Notes under the pieces: model-generated | Told to the model about the DNA's origin: nothing | What the model saw: the letters and a program-made list of their open reading frames with translations, nothing else | Database searches by the model: none | Shown here: in pieces, positions 24,234 through 34,962 of the stretch | Layout: the number at the start of each line of letters is the position of its first letter | Numbering within the stretch: position 1 is the first letter of the stretch | Position numbers and translations under genes: made by a program | Assembly: GCA_963737655.1 (NCBI GenBank) | Contig: CAVTTN010000002.1 | Coordinates: 2,976,001 to 3,040,000, forward strand | From: an uncultured Planctomycetota bacterium | Lineage (GTDB): Bacteria > Planctomycetota > Planctomycetia > Isosphaerales > Isosphaeraceae | DNA: 64,000 nt | Direction of reading: 5' to 3'

Positions 24234-27200
24234 GCTGTGTCCCCCGCCCGCTGGCGCAGGTCGGCGATCGAGTAGTTCACGCTGGCCGCGCCCGAGTCGG
24301 GCTCGCGCCCGAACGGGTTCCGAAGGTAGTGCGGGCCGTCGGTCGAGTCGTCGGGCCCCACGAAGACGACGGCGAGGACGAACTTGTCCCCCTGGTTGAT
24401 GACCGCGTAGAGGCTCTCGTTGCGGGTGACCGTGACCGTGGTCGCTCCCCTCACCCGGCCCTTGACCTCGATGTGCCGGGCGTCCGGCTGGACCCCTCCG
24501 GCGGCCGGCGGGTACGACGAGAGGTCCCAACCGCATTTGTCGGCCGAGACGTCGACGACGCGGTGCCCCCTGGCCTGCTCGGCCCGGACGACGGCCCGCA
24601 TGACGAGGGCCTCGATCCGCTTGCGGGCCTCGGCGTCGGCGGCCGACAGGGCGGGTCCCTCCCCGCGGAGCTCGCGGAGCCGCCCGGCCGGCACCACCAG
24701 CGCCCCGCCGACCACCGCCGGCGTGCCGTTCTGGACGTGCCTCATCGCCCCCAGCTCCTTCCTGCGGGCGTCGAGCCGGGCCTGGAGGTCGTTGAGCGTG
24801 CGACCGGCGTTGTCGAGGTTCAGCTGCACGTCCTTGCCGGCCTTCGTGTCCTCGCCGAGCCGGACCCAGCGGTCGGACCAGAAGTTGATCTCCTTGGTCA
24901 GCCGGTCGTGGACGGCGGCGAGCGTCTTCTCGACGTGCTCGACCCGGCGCCCGGAGACCTCCCGGAAGTGGTCCGGGACGAGCTTCGCGGCGGCCAGGGC
25001 GACCGCCTCCCGCTCCAGGTCGGCGCCGATCCACGGGGCGTCGAGCAGGTCGGCCACCAGGGGCCGGCCGGCGGCCGGGAGCGGCTCCAGGTCGAGGTGG
25101 GGCGCCCGGCCGGCGAACGAGGTCGAGCCGTCGGGCTCCACGCGGACGAACTGCATCCGCCGGGACAAAACGGTGTCGTCGCCGGACCGGACCTCGTGGG
25201 TGAGCAGGAGAAGGAGCCAGGGGCGGCCCGAGTCGTCGGCCGGGTCGACGAGGACCGCGCCCCGGCGGAGGAGGTTGGCGTTGGCCTCCAGAATCGTGTC
25301 GGTCACGGCCATCATCAGGGGATGGCCGGGGTGGATGAGCACGGCGCGGGCCGCCCCAGGGCGGTCGGGCGGCTGGAGGGCGTCCTTGGTGAAGGCGACC
25401 CGCTCGTATCGCCGGAGGACCGGCTCTTGCTCGCGGCGGTTGCGGCCGGTGAGTCGGCGGTCGCGTTCGCGGATCGCCGCCGGGACGTGGGTGACCTCGT
25501 ACCGCTCGGCCTCGCGCCGCTGTGCCGAGCCGCCGAGGCTTTCGAACGCCCTGAGGAAGAACGAGCGGACGAAGTAGGGCTGCAAGCGGCGGGCCTCGGC
25601 CCGCTCCATCTCCTCCTTCACGCGGAACAGGCGGTCGCCGCTCATCGTCTCCTGGGCCAGGGCGTTGCGGTTCAGCAGGGCCCGCAGGTGGTCGTGGTCG
25701 AAGGCATGGTCGATCCGGGTCGTCAGGCGGGCGCGGACCTCGGGGCGGTCGCCGTAGCGGATCGCCTCCAGGCGTATCTCCTTGAGGCTCCGGCTCTCGA
25801 AGACGTCGCCCAGGACGTTGAAGACGCGGCCCTTGAAGGCCTCGCACTCGACCTGGATCTTCTCCAGGAGGCGGTGGAAGACCTCGCCCCCGCGGGTCTC
25901 CTTGGCCACGAGATTCCAGAGGTGTCAGACCTCGGTCTGGCCGATCCGGTGGATCCGCCCGAATGGCTGCTCCAGCCGGTTGGGGTTCCTGGGGAGGTCG
26001 TAGTTGACCATCAGGTGGGCACACTGGAGGTTCACGCCCTCGCCGGCGGCGTCGGTGGCGACGAGGACCTTGACGCCCGGGTCGGAGCGGAACAGCGCCT
26101 GGGCCCGCTTTCGCTCGTCGGCCTGGGTGCCGCCGTGGATGGCGACGATGGCCTCCTCGGAGCCGAGGACGCCGGGGATCTTGGCCCGGAGGTAGTTGAG
26201 CGTATCGCGGTGCTCGGTGAAGAGGATGAGCTTCCGGCGGAGGCCGGCCTCGTCGCGCCTCTCCGGGTCGTCCTGGAGGAGCCTGGACAGCTCCTCCCAC
26301 TTGCGGTCCTGGCCCGAGGCGACGACGAGCCGGGCCTGCTGCTCCAGCCCCTGGAGGAGGCCGATCTCGGACTCCAGCTCGGAGATCGTCCGTGCCGCCG
26401 TGGCCCGGTCCACCAGGCCCTCTTCCAGGGCCTCCTGCTCGCCCGCGTTCAGGTCGTCGTCGTCCTCGGGGACGTCGTCGAGGACCTCGGCCAGGGCCCG
26501 GCCCCCCGGTCGCCGAGCCTCTCCTCGCGGAGCCTGTGCGAGAGCCGCTCGCGGCGGCGGCGGAGCGACTGGTAGATGTGGAGGCCAGCCGACGCTGGAG
26601 CGTGGTCAGGGCGAAGCCGACCCAACCGCGGCGCCGGCCGTCGAGCGCGTCGGCCTTGCCCATCTCGGTCCGGACGTAGTTCGTCACCGCCTCGTAAAGA
26701 GCGGCCTCGGCGTCCGAGAGGACGTAGTTGACGGTGTAGGCGCGGCGCTCGGGGAAAAGCGGGGTGCCGTCGAACTTGACCAGCTCCTCCTTCACCATCC
26801 GCCGCATGAGGTCGGAGGCGTCGACCTTGTGGACGCCGTCGCGGAACTTGCCGAAGAAGCGGTCGGAGTCCAGGAGCGAGAGGAAGAGCCGGAAGTCCTC
26901 CTCCTTGCCGTGGTGGGCGTGGCGGTCATCAGAAGGAGGTGGCGGGTGTCCCGGCCGAGCCGCTCGGCGAAGCGATACCGGCCGGTCGTCTCCAGCTTCA
27001 AGCCGTAGAAGTGGGCCGCGAGCTTGTGGGCCTCGTCGAAGACGACGAGGTCCCACCCGGCGGCGCAGAGCTTCGCCTGGAGGTCCTCGTTGCGGGCCAT
27101 GTGGTCGAGCCGGACGATGAGCTGGCGGTGGTCCTCGAACGGGTTGCCGCCTGGGGAGGCCTGCTCCGGGCCCGGGGAATAGCCGCGGAACTCCAGCCCG

Positions 27201-27724
27201 AACTTCTCGAACAGCTCGTCCCGCCACTGCTCGACCAGGCCGCCCGGGGCCACGATCAGGACGCGTCGGGCGTCGGCCCGCAGGACGAGCTCGCGGATGT
27301 AGCGCCCGACCATGATCGTCTTGCCGGCGCCGGGGTCGTCGGCCAGGACGTAGCGGAGGGGCTGGCGGGGGAGCATGGACTCGTAGACGGCCGTGATCTG
27401 GTAGGGCAGCGGCTCGACGTTCGAGGTATGGACGGCCATCATCGGGTCGAAGAGGAAGGCCAGGTCGATCCGCCTGGCCTCGCACGTGAGCTGGAACGCG
27501 GCGCCGTCGCCGTCGAAAGACCACGGGCGCCCCTCGGTCGCCAGGGCGAGCGAGGCCTCGTCGGCCGGGACGAGCATGCGGCCCTTCACGGGCACGTCGG
27601 GCGTCGAGTAGATGACCCGGACGGCCTCGGGGCCGATCGGCAGGACGGCGACGAGCGTGGCGACCACGTCGGGTTCCAGCCTGACGACCGACTGGCCCGG
27701 CTTCAGATCGGCGAGTGCAAGCAT
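24230..27724 (-). pseudogene. SNF2-family helicase with C-terminal DUF3883-type nuclease domain; inactivated
   Basis: [38 protein letters not shown] and C-terminal GWDLSS..IEVKGR. In-frame TGA at 25925-25927 (EV*HLWN), frameshifts near 26915, 26575 and 26500, and motif substitutions. Confidence 0.88.
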
Positions 27725-28066
27725 GATCGATCCCGGGCCCGAGCCGCCGGAAGGGCGTCGCGCCCCCGGGTCCCCCGTCGACGGCGCGAGGGGCGGCGTT
27801 CGGATCGGGGGATGCTTCGCACACTGGGGACGGCCCGGACAGATCCGACGCCCCCCTCGGGGCCCGATCATCACGGACTCTCCGGCCGGTCGCCCGTCCG
27901 CGACCCGGGCCAACGCGGGGGTACTACGCGGGTACTATCGATCGGCCCGCGGTAACGAAAAAGACCGAGAGGGGACGATCGCGGATGAGAGGTATTGGAG
28001 CGCCGGCCCGTTCGTGATAAAGTCCGAGTGCCCAAGGACATCCAGGCATCTCGTCGGGCGGTGCTG

Positions 28067-28116
28067 GCACGCTTCGGGTCCGTGAAGTCGGAGGTTCAAA
28101 TTCTCTCGCTCCGACT
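28067..28116 (+). pseudogene. Degenerate 3' half of a tRNA-Pro(CGG); probable attachment-site relic
   Basis: cacgc-ttCGGgt-ccgtg anticodon arm (one mismatch), T-arm ggagg-ttcaaat-tctct, acceptor strand cgctccg-act. No recognisable D-arm or adjacent 5' acceptor strand. Confidence 0.65.
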
Positions 28117-28167
28117 ATTTCTCTCACATCCTTGTTTTGTGGCTCGTTTTGGGTCTTACCTGCTTAA

Positions 28168-29486
28168 GGATCGCCAATTTGATAACTTCCCGATTCGCCG
28201 TCCGCATCGTATAACCGTAGCCAGGACAATCATGACCTCGCACCGGACGCCCGGCTATGACCTACAGCCCCGAGATCGAGCATTCCATGCGGATGTTCCA
28301 TACCTCACTCTCGGAGAAGGATCGCAGGCGATATGCGGCGATCGAGGCCGCCAAGCTTGGGCATGGGGGAACGGAGTATATTTCCAACCTCTTGGGCTGC
28401 GACCCAAAGACGATCCGCCAGGGCAAAGAAGACCTGGCTCGACTCCCCGACGGGCTCGACGACCGGATCCGTAAAAAAGGGGCGGGCCGAAGCCGTGCAT
28501 AGGCAACATCCCGCTGCTGGAGGAGAACTTCCTCCGGGTACTCCAGGATCACACGGCGGGCGACCCCATGCGGCGGGAAGTCCGGTGGACCGACTTGACC
28601 TATGAACAAATCGCCGGCCACTTGGCCGAGGCCGGCACGCCGGTCAGCGTGCCGGTGGTCAAGCAACTGCTCAAGAAGCACGGCTACGTGACCCGCAAGG
28701 CCCAGAAAGCCAAGGCGATGGGCGGGCACCCCGATCGCAACCAGCAGTTCGAGAACATCGCCCGGCTGAAGCGGGAATATCTCGGGTCGGGCAATCCCGT
28801 CGTGAGCATGGACACCAAGAAGAAGGAGCTGATCGGCGACTTCTACCGTGCCGGGCACCTCCTGACACGGGAGATCATCAAGGTGTTCGACCATGACTTC
28901 CCCAGCTTCGCCGCGGGCGTGGTCATCCCGCACGGGTTGTACGACGTGAAACACAACGACGGTCATGTGAACCTGGGGACCAGCCACGACACCGGCGAGT
29001 TCGCCTGCGAGAGCATCGAGCGATGGTGGCGGGGGAAGGGTCAGGCCCTCTACCCTGGTGCGACCTCGATCCTCCTGCTGTGCGACGGCGGCGGCAGCAA
29101 CAGCGCCAGCCAATACCTCTTCAAGGAGGACCTGCAGAAGCTGGTGGATCGCCTGGGGATCGAGATCCGAGTGGCCCACTACCCGCCCTACTGCTCGAAG
29201 TACAACCCGATCGAGCATCGACTGTTCCCGCACCTGAGCCGAGCGTGCCAGGGTGTGATCTTCGAGAGCGTGGAGTTGGTGAAGGAGTTGATGGAGAAGG
29301 CGAGTACGAGCACGGGGTTGCGGGTGACGGTGGACATCCTGGACAAGATCTACCAGACGGGGCGGAAGTATGCGGAGGGATTCAAGCAGAACATGAAGAT
29401 CGAGTTCGACGAGATCCTGCCGAAGTGGAATTACAGGGCCGTCCCGAGCGGGGCATGAGCTCGGGAAGTTACCAAATCGACGATCC
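28168..29486 (+). mobile_element. ISAzo13-family insertion sequence (1,319 bp)
   Basis: 26-bp inverted repeats ggatcgccaatttgataacttcccga and tcgggaagttaccaaatcgacgatcc (3 mismatches); TAA direct repeats at 28165-28167 and 29487-29489. Confidence 0.9.
28257..29458 (+). CDS. ISAzo13 (Rhodopirellula-type DDE) transposase with a -1 shift at A6G4 (28473-28482)
   Basis: LSEKDRRRYAAIEA..LG.GG; DHTAGDPM; VSMDTKKKELIG; DGGGSN; HYPPYCSKYNPIEHRLF; KWNY. Confidence 0.9.
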
Positions 29487-29775
29487 TAAATCGCAAAGTT
29501 GAATTCTTGGTATGATAGCCCAACTCGTCACAAGGTCTTTCGCCGTAATAAGTTGAAGAATTCAAACCCTGTCGCCCGCTTCGGTCAGGCGAACCGGGCC
29601 GGAATTTTTTCTGGACGGTTTGTCGAATTTCGGCCCGGCCGTTCGACTCGATAGTGAACGCTGGGAGCTCGGCCCGCCCGAAGACCGTTGCGGGTGAAGT
29701 CATGCCGCGGTGTTTGGTTGGTGAAGGCGGCATCATGAGCCACCGTGCGGGAAACCTCTGCGGAGGTCTCGGGGA

Positions 29776-30360
29776 ATGGGAAAGCTCGTCTTCGGAATGA
29801 TGCAGTCCCTCGACGGCTACGTCGCCGGCGTCGCGGGCGGGCCTGGATCGGACGGCTACGTCGCTGGCCTCGCGAGCGGCCTGGAATTGCCGCCGCCCGG
29901 TGTTTTGCTCCATCGTCATTTCAACGATCACGTCCGTGGGCTGGCCGGCAGTTTGAGCGGTCGTCGTATGTACGATGTGATGCGTTACTGGGACGAGGAT
30001 CAGCCGGACTGGGACGCGGACGAACACGACTTCGCGGCGTTGTGGCGGGCACTGCCGAAATGGGTCGTTTCCCGATCGCTGAAGTCGGTTGGCCCGAATG
30101 CGACGCTCGTGGCCGGCGACCTCGAGGCGTTCGTGCGCCGGCTGAAGGCGGAAATCGAGGGCGAAATCGACGTCGCCGGGCCCGAACTCGCGGGGTGCCT
30201 CACCGACCTCGGTCTGATCGACGAGTATCGGCTCTACTTCCGCCCGTTTGTGCTCGGCCGAGGCAAGCCGTATTTCGCCGGTGCCAGGCCGCCTCTCCGT
30301 CTGATCGCCGCGGAACCCGTCGGCGAGGATGCGGTCAGGCTGACATACGTCCCTACTTGA
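29776..30360 (+). CDS. Dihydrofolate reductase / RibD C-terminal family protein
   Basis: MMQSLDGYV, GRRMY, PKWVVSRSL, GLIDEYRL..PFVLGRGKPYF. Confidence 0.9.
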   Translation: MGKLVFGMMQSLDGYVAGVAGGPGSDGYVAGLASGLELPPPGVLLHRHFNDHVRGLAGSLSGRRMYDVMRYWDEDQPDWDADEHDFAALWRALPKWVVSRSLKSVGPNATLVAGDLEAFVRRLKAEIEGEIDVAGPELAGCLTDLGLIDEYRLYFRPFVLGRGKPYFAGARPPLRLIAAEPVGEDAVRLTYVPT

Positions 30361-30657
30361 TCACTTTCTCCCGCCGGCCCAGTGCGCTCGGCCTCGCCGC
30401 CAATCGGGTGATCCACCTCGACGGTTCTGGAAGAATTGCTCGAACCCTCCGTTTGGTACAGTGATCGCCGCCAGGGACCATTCAGGTCGATTGGCTGTTT
30501 TCGAGTTGCCGCCACGGCCATGATCCCCGGATGCGAGTGCCAGCGACAACAAGAGCCGTCTTGTCGTCCTGGATTTCTCTAAAACCCGCCAGATCCTGGA
30601 CTTAGGATACCTGCCCGCGTCGGGCGGAGCGTTCCAGAACCGCTCGCAATCCCGCTA

Positions 30658-30780
30658 GGGCGGTTCTCGGTCGCATTGCGAACGACGGTTTTCGTAGGGC
30701 AGGCCTCGGCCTGCCGAGACCCGCGCAGACGGCAGGCCGAGGCCTGCCCTACGGGGACGCAATCTAATCGAGAATCGCTC
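30658..30780. repeat. 123-bp MITE-like element containing a GTAG-type REP doublet
   Basis: Imperfect 23-bp outer inverted repeats flanked by TA on both sides; perfect 24-bp inner inverted pair cgtagggcaggcctcggcctgccg (30693-30716 / 30730-30753). Confidence 0.7.
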
Positions 30781-31364
30781 TATTTACCGGGTAGGGGCGA
30801 CCGGGGACGGGGTGATTGCCCGCGGGTCGCACCGCTCGCGTCGGGGCCCGGGCAAGCCGCCGGACCTCGTTCGCCTCGGCAGGGGCGACCGTGGGACTCG
30901 GTGAGCGGCGAGTGGCCCGTTGGGTCCAGGATCTCCCGATCGGCCTCCGTTGCGCCGTGCCTTCGCGGAGAGGCCGCCCCGGGCTGCGTCGGCGTGGCCT
31001 GGCCGAGCCTTCTCGCGGGGGCGGGGATCGCCTTGCGACATCGACTCGGCTCGTGTAACGTGGGTTGCCGCAAGCGCCTTAGGTCGGCGAAGCACGCTTC
31101 GAAGTGCCGATCGGATCTCAAGATTCCATTTCGAGGAACCGATCCCTGGCTCGCTCGGTGAGCCGGTGAAGATCCGGGCTTCGGCCGGGCCGAAACGTGC
31201 GATCCGAGCGAACAGGCCGCGAAAAGCGCGCGAAGTCCCCGTGAATGCCTTCGCGACGAACACCCGCCTCAGTTTCGGTTCAGGATTCCCCCCCTCCGAT
31301 TCCATCTCCTCGCATTCCTGGGCGGGGACGACCCGCCTCGGCGTGACCCTGGGTTTCCACCGGC

Positions 31365-34300
31365 ATGAGCTCCGTCCACTCCGACCTGAACTTGCTCTTC
31401 GGCGTCCTGGCGCTCCAGATGGAGTTCGTGAGCCGCGACCAACTGGTTTCGGCCATGAACCTCTGGGTGCTCGACAAGGCGAAGTCGCTGGGCCAGATCA
31501 TGAGGGAGCAGGGCGTCCTGGTCGATTCCCGGCTGTCGATGATGGAAACCCTGGTCTCGGAGTACCTCCGCAGCCACGACGACGACCCCGAGCAGTCCCT
31601 GGCCGCGATGGGCGCCTCGGAGACCGTGGTCCAAGCCCTGGCGAGCCTCGGTGATGCCGAGGTCGCGGCCTCGATCGGCCGGCTCGGGCGGAGCCGGGCC
31701 GAGACCGAGCCGGAAGACGGGGCGACGCAGAGCTACCGGTCGGTGATCGACCAACGGCCCTTCGGCCGGTTCCGGCTGCTCCGATTTCACGACCGGGGCG
31801 GGCTGGGCGAGGTCTTCGTGGCGAGGGACGACGAGGTGGGTCGCGAGGTCGCGCTCAAGCAGATCCGCCCGGATCATGCCGACGACCCTCCGGGGCGCTC
31901 CCGGTTCCTCCTGGAGGCGGAGATCACCGGGGGCCTGGAGCATCCCGGGATCGTCCCGGTCTACGGGATCGGCATCCAGGAGGATGGCCGCCCGTTCTAC
32001 GCGATGCGATTCATCCGAGGGGTCAGCCTTCGGGAGGCGATCTCGAAGTTTCACGCCTCGGCGGCCTCCGGGAGCGACCCGGGTCGGCGATCCCTGGAGC
32101 TTCGGACGCTCCTGGACCGGTTCCTCGACGTCTGCGACGCGATCGCCTACGCGCACAGCCGAGGCGTGATCCACCGGGACATCAAGCCGAGGAACATCAT
32201 GCTCGGCCCGTTCGGCGAGACACTGGTCGTCGATTGGGGCCTGGCCAAGATGATCGGCCGGATCGAAGACCCGACCCTCTTCGCCGAGGCGACCCTGACG
32301 CCGGAATCGGGCTCGCAGCTCGAGGCGACCCTGCCGGGCCAGAGGATCGGGACCCCCGCCTACATGCCCCCGGAGCAGGCCGCCGGACGGCTCGACGAGA
32401 TCGGCCCGCGGAGCGACGTGTACAGCCTGGGAGCCACGCTCTACACGATCCTGGCCGGCCGGCCGGCGTTCCAGGATTCGGACGTGCCCAGCATGCTTCG
32501 CCGGGTCGAACGGGGCGAGTTCGACCCGCCTCGGAGGGTCTGGCCCTGGGTGGATCGGGCCCTGGACGCGGTCTGCCTGAAGGCGATGGCGGTCCGGCCC
32601 GAGGATCGTTACGGATCGCCCCGGGCCCTGGCCGAGGACATCAAGAAGTGGATGGCCGACGAGCCGGTCTCGGCGTGGAAGGAGCCGAGGTCCAGGCGCC
32701 TGAGTCGCTGGGCGAGGCAGAGGCAGACGCTGGTGACCTCCTCGGCCGTCGCGGCGGTCCTGGTCCTGTCCGTCCTGGGCTATCTCGGCTATGAGGAGCG
32801 GCTCCGCGAGGGCCGGAGGCTGACCGGGGCCCTGGCCAGGGTCGAGGCGCTGGAGACCGCCCAGACCCTGGCCCTGCCCGTGATCGTCCGCCAGCTCGGC
32901 CCGGACATCGCTCTGGTCCGCGATCGCCTGAAACGGATGGCGGCCGGGGACGGCTCGGACCGGGACGGCCGGCGTCGGCTGCCGGCGGCGCTCGCCCTGC
33001 TGGTCGAGGACCCGTCCCAGGCGGATTTCCTCACCCGGTTCCTCCTGAGTCCCGAGCCCGGTCCCGCCGAGGTCCTGGTGATCCGCGAGGCCCTGGCCGA
33101 ATTCGGGCCCGAGGGCTCGGCCGAGCCGTTCCGCAAGGCCCTGGCAGCCGATCCCGGGGAGCTCGACGACGTCCAGCTCCGCGCGGCGGGCGTGCTCGCG
33201 GGCCTGGACCCCTCGGAGGCCGCCCGGGACGCGCTGGCCGGCCCCCTGGCTCGGAAGCTCGTGACCGAGAATCCGCTGCTCCTGGGGACCTGGTCCCAGG
33301 TGTTCCAGCCGGTCAGCCGCGGCCTGATCGAGCCCTTGCGGATGCTGTTCGCCGAGACGAGCCGACCCGAATCGCGCGACCGGGCTTTTCGGCTCCTCCT
33401 GGAGTTCATCGACCGGCCGGAAAACGCGAGCCACCCCGAGGACCTCGCGTCCCTGCTGATCGACGCCGATCCCGACCGGGCCCATCTCGTGATCCGACGG
33501 CTCGGCAGCCCCCTCGAACGGGCCCGTGCCGTCGCCGCCCTGGCCCCCCTGCTCGACGACGTGGCCCGGTTCGACGCCCCGAAGGCGGCCCGCCAGGGGA
33601 GGATCGCCACCGCCCTGTTCCTGCTGGGCGAGGCCGGGAGGGTCTGGCCCCTCTTCGCCCAGAGGGACGATCCGAGCGTCCGGACGGAGCTGGTCCACAA
33701 CCTCGCCCCCTATGGCGTGGATGTCTCGAAGGTCATGGGGCGGCTGAGGACCGAGCCCGACGCCTCGGCGCGGAGGGCCCTGCTGCTCAGCCTCGGCGGA
33801 TTCGCCCCCGACCGGATCGCCGCGCCGGCCCGTCGGGACTGGGCGGCCGACCTTCTCAAGCGATATCGGGCCGACTCCGATCCCGGGGTCCACTCGGCGA
33901 TCGGCTGGCTGCTCCGAACCCGTTGGGGACTCGCGACGGACGTGGAGACGGCCGACCACGAGCTCCAGTCGTCGCAGATCCCGGCCGACCGCGAATGGTT
34001 CGTGAACGGCCAGGGCCAGACCTATGCGATCGTCCGGGGGCCCCTGACGTTTCGGATGGGTTCGACGCCCCTGGCCGTCCCCGACCTCCAGCCGTCGGAG
34101 CCGGACCATCCCCGACGGCTCCCCCGGTCGTTCGCCATCGCCAATCGCGAAGTGACGATGCGAGAGTTCGGCCGGTTCCTCGACACCCGGCCTCCCGGGG
34201 TCACGGACAATCGCTCCGATCCCCTCTACAAATCGCTCGCCCCCGACTGCGCCGCCGCCGCGATGACCTGGTTCGAGGCCACGCGTTACTGCAACTGGTT

Positions 34301-34820
34301 GAGCGCCCAGGAAGGGCTGCCCGAAGACCAGTGGTGCTACCCCAGGGAGTTCGGGCCCGGCTCGTCCCTCCCCGCGGACTTCCTGGATCGGACCGGCTAT
34401 CGGCTGCCGACCGAGGCCGAATGGGAATTCGCGTGCCGGGCGGGCACGACCTCCGCGTACCCGTTCGGCCAGGCCGTCTCCTGGCTCCCGAACTATGCCT
34501 GGTTCGAGAAGCAGTCGGGCATGACCATGAAGCGAGTGGCCCAGCTCGAGCCCAATGACCTCGGCCTGTTCGACATACTGGGCAACGCCTATGAATGGGT
34601 CAATGACCCCCACGAGCCCTACCCGCTCGATCCCGCGGGCAAGCCGGTCCTGGACATCCTGAGGAACCTGAACTGTCCCGAGGATTTGGTCCGGGTGATC
34701 CGAGGAGGGGCCTATCCGCTGGCCTCGGCGTCGCTCCGCTCGGGCTATCGCTCGTTCGGCCTGAAGCCGTCCTTCCGATACCCCTATTTCGGCTTCCGGC
34801 CCGCCCGGACCCTGCCCTGA
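31365..34820 (+). CDS. Ser/Thr protein kinase with TM segment and C-terminal formylglycine-generating-enzyme (SUMF1/EgtB/PvdO)-like domain
   Basis: RGGLGEVF, VALK, HRDIKPRN, DWGLAK, GTPAYMPPEQ; YRLPTEAEWEFACRAG, PNDLGLFDILGNAYEWV, RVIRGG, FGFRPART. Confidence 0.95.
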   Translation: MSSVHSDLNLLFGVLALQMEFVSRDQLVSAMNLWVLDKAKSLGQIMREQGVLVDSRLSMMETLVSEYLRSHDDDPEQSLAAMGASETVVQALASLGDAEVAASIGRLGRSRAETEPEDGATQSYRSVIDQRPFGRFRLLRFHDRGGLGEVFVARDDEVGREVALKQIRPDHADDPPGRSRFLLEAEITGGLEHPGIVPVYGIGIQEDGRPFYAMRFIRGVSLREAISKFHASAASGSDPGRRSLELRTLLDRFLDVCDAIAYAHSRGVIHRDIKPRNIMLGPFGETLVVDWGLAKMIGRIEDPTLFAEATLTPESGSQLEATLPGQRIGTPAYMPPEQAAGRLDEIGPRSDVYSLGATLYTILAGRPAFQDSDVPSMLRRVERGEFDPPRRVWPWVDRALDAVCLKAMAVRPEDRYGSPRALAEDIKKWMADEPVSAWKEPRSRRLSRWARQRQTLVTSSAVAAVLVLSVLGYLGYEERLREGRRLTGALARVEALETAQTLALPVIVRQLGPDIALVRDRLKRMAAGDGSDRDGRRRLPAALALLVEDPSQADFLTRFLLSPEPGPAEVLVIREALAEFGPEGSAEPFRKALAADPGELDDVQLRAAGVLAGLDPSEAARDALAGPLARKLVTENPLLLGTWSQVFQPVSRGLIEPLRMLFAETSRPESRDRAFRLLLEFIDRPENASHPEDLASLLIDADPDRAHLVIRRLGSPLERARAVAALAPLLDDVARFDAPKAARQGRIATALFLLGEAGRVWPLFAQRDDPSVRTELVHNLAPYGVDVSKVMGRLRTEPDASARRALLLSLGGFAPDRIAAPARRDWAADLLKRYRADSDPGVHSAIGWLLRTRWGLATDVETADHELQSSQIPADREWFVNGQGQTYAIVRGPLTFRMGSTPLAVPDLQPSEPDHPRRLPRSFAIANREVTMREFGRFLDTRPPGVTDNRSDPLYKSLAPDCAAAAMTWFEATRYCNWLSAQEGLPEDQWCYPREFGPGSSLPADFLDRTGYRLPTEAEWEFACRAGTTSAYPFGQAVSWLPNYAWFEKQSGMTMKRVAQLEPNDLGLFDILGNAYEWVNDPHEPYPLDPAGKPVLDILRNLNCPEDLVRVIRGGAYPLASASLRSGYRSFGLKPSFRYPYFGFRPARTLP

Positions 34821-34962
34821 GCCGGGGGCATGCGTGGCCGGAGACGCGATCGTCTCCGCGATCTCGATTTTTCTCTGGCTTTCTCCCGATTGAGCAGGTC
34901 TATTTCATAACCTCCTGATGAGGGAGGCGTTTTCTCCATTTCGACCGTGAAAGCCCCGCCGA

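Noticed and set aside
23910..27824. 1,304-aa minus-strand ORF as a helicase-methylase fusion
   Set aside because: Mostly off-frame Arg/Pro/Gly-rich text; only a ~110-aa helicase segment and the terminal DUF1156 start are real and belong to two separate broken genes.
27995..28116. Complete or intron-containing tRNA using tggagcg at ~27996 as the 5' acceptor strand
   Set aside because: No D-arm, mismatched anticodon and T stems, no CCA; better explained as a decayed 3' fragment.
31365..34820. Kinase-FGE gene as part of the RiPP pathway
   Set aside because: This architecture is widespread in planctomycetes and is separated from ycaO by ~140 nt with an AT-richer promoter-like tract; nothing beyond adjacency links them.
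34905..34960. ctgatga...gaaa as a hammerhead ribozyme or riboswitch upstream of ycaO
   Set aside because: GAAA does not follow the candidate stem II directly and stems I/III cannot be formed; an Rfam/Infernal scan would settle it.
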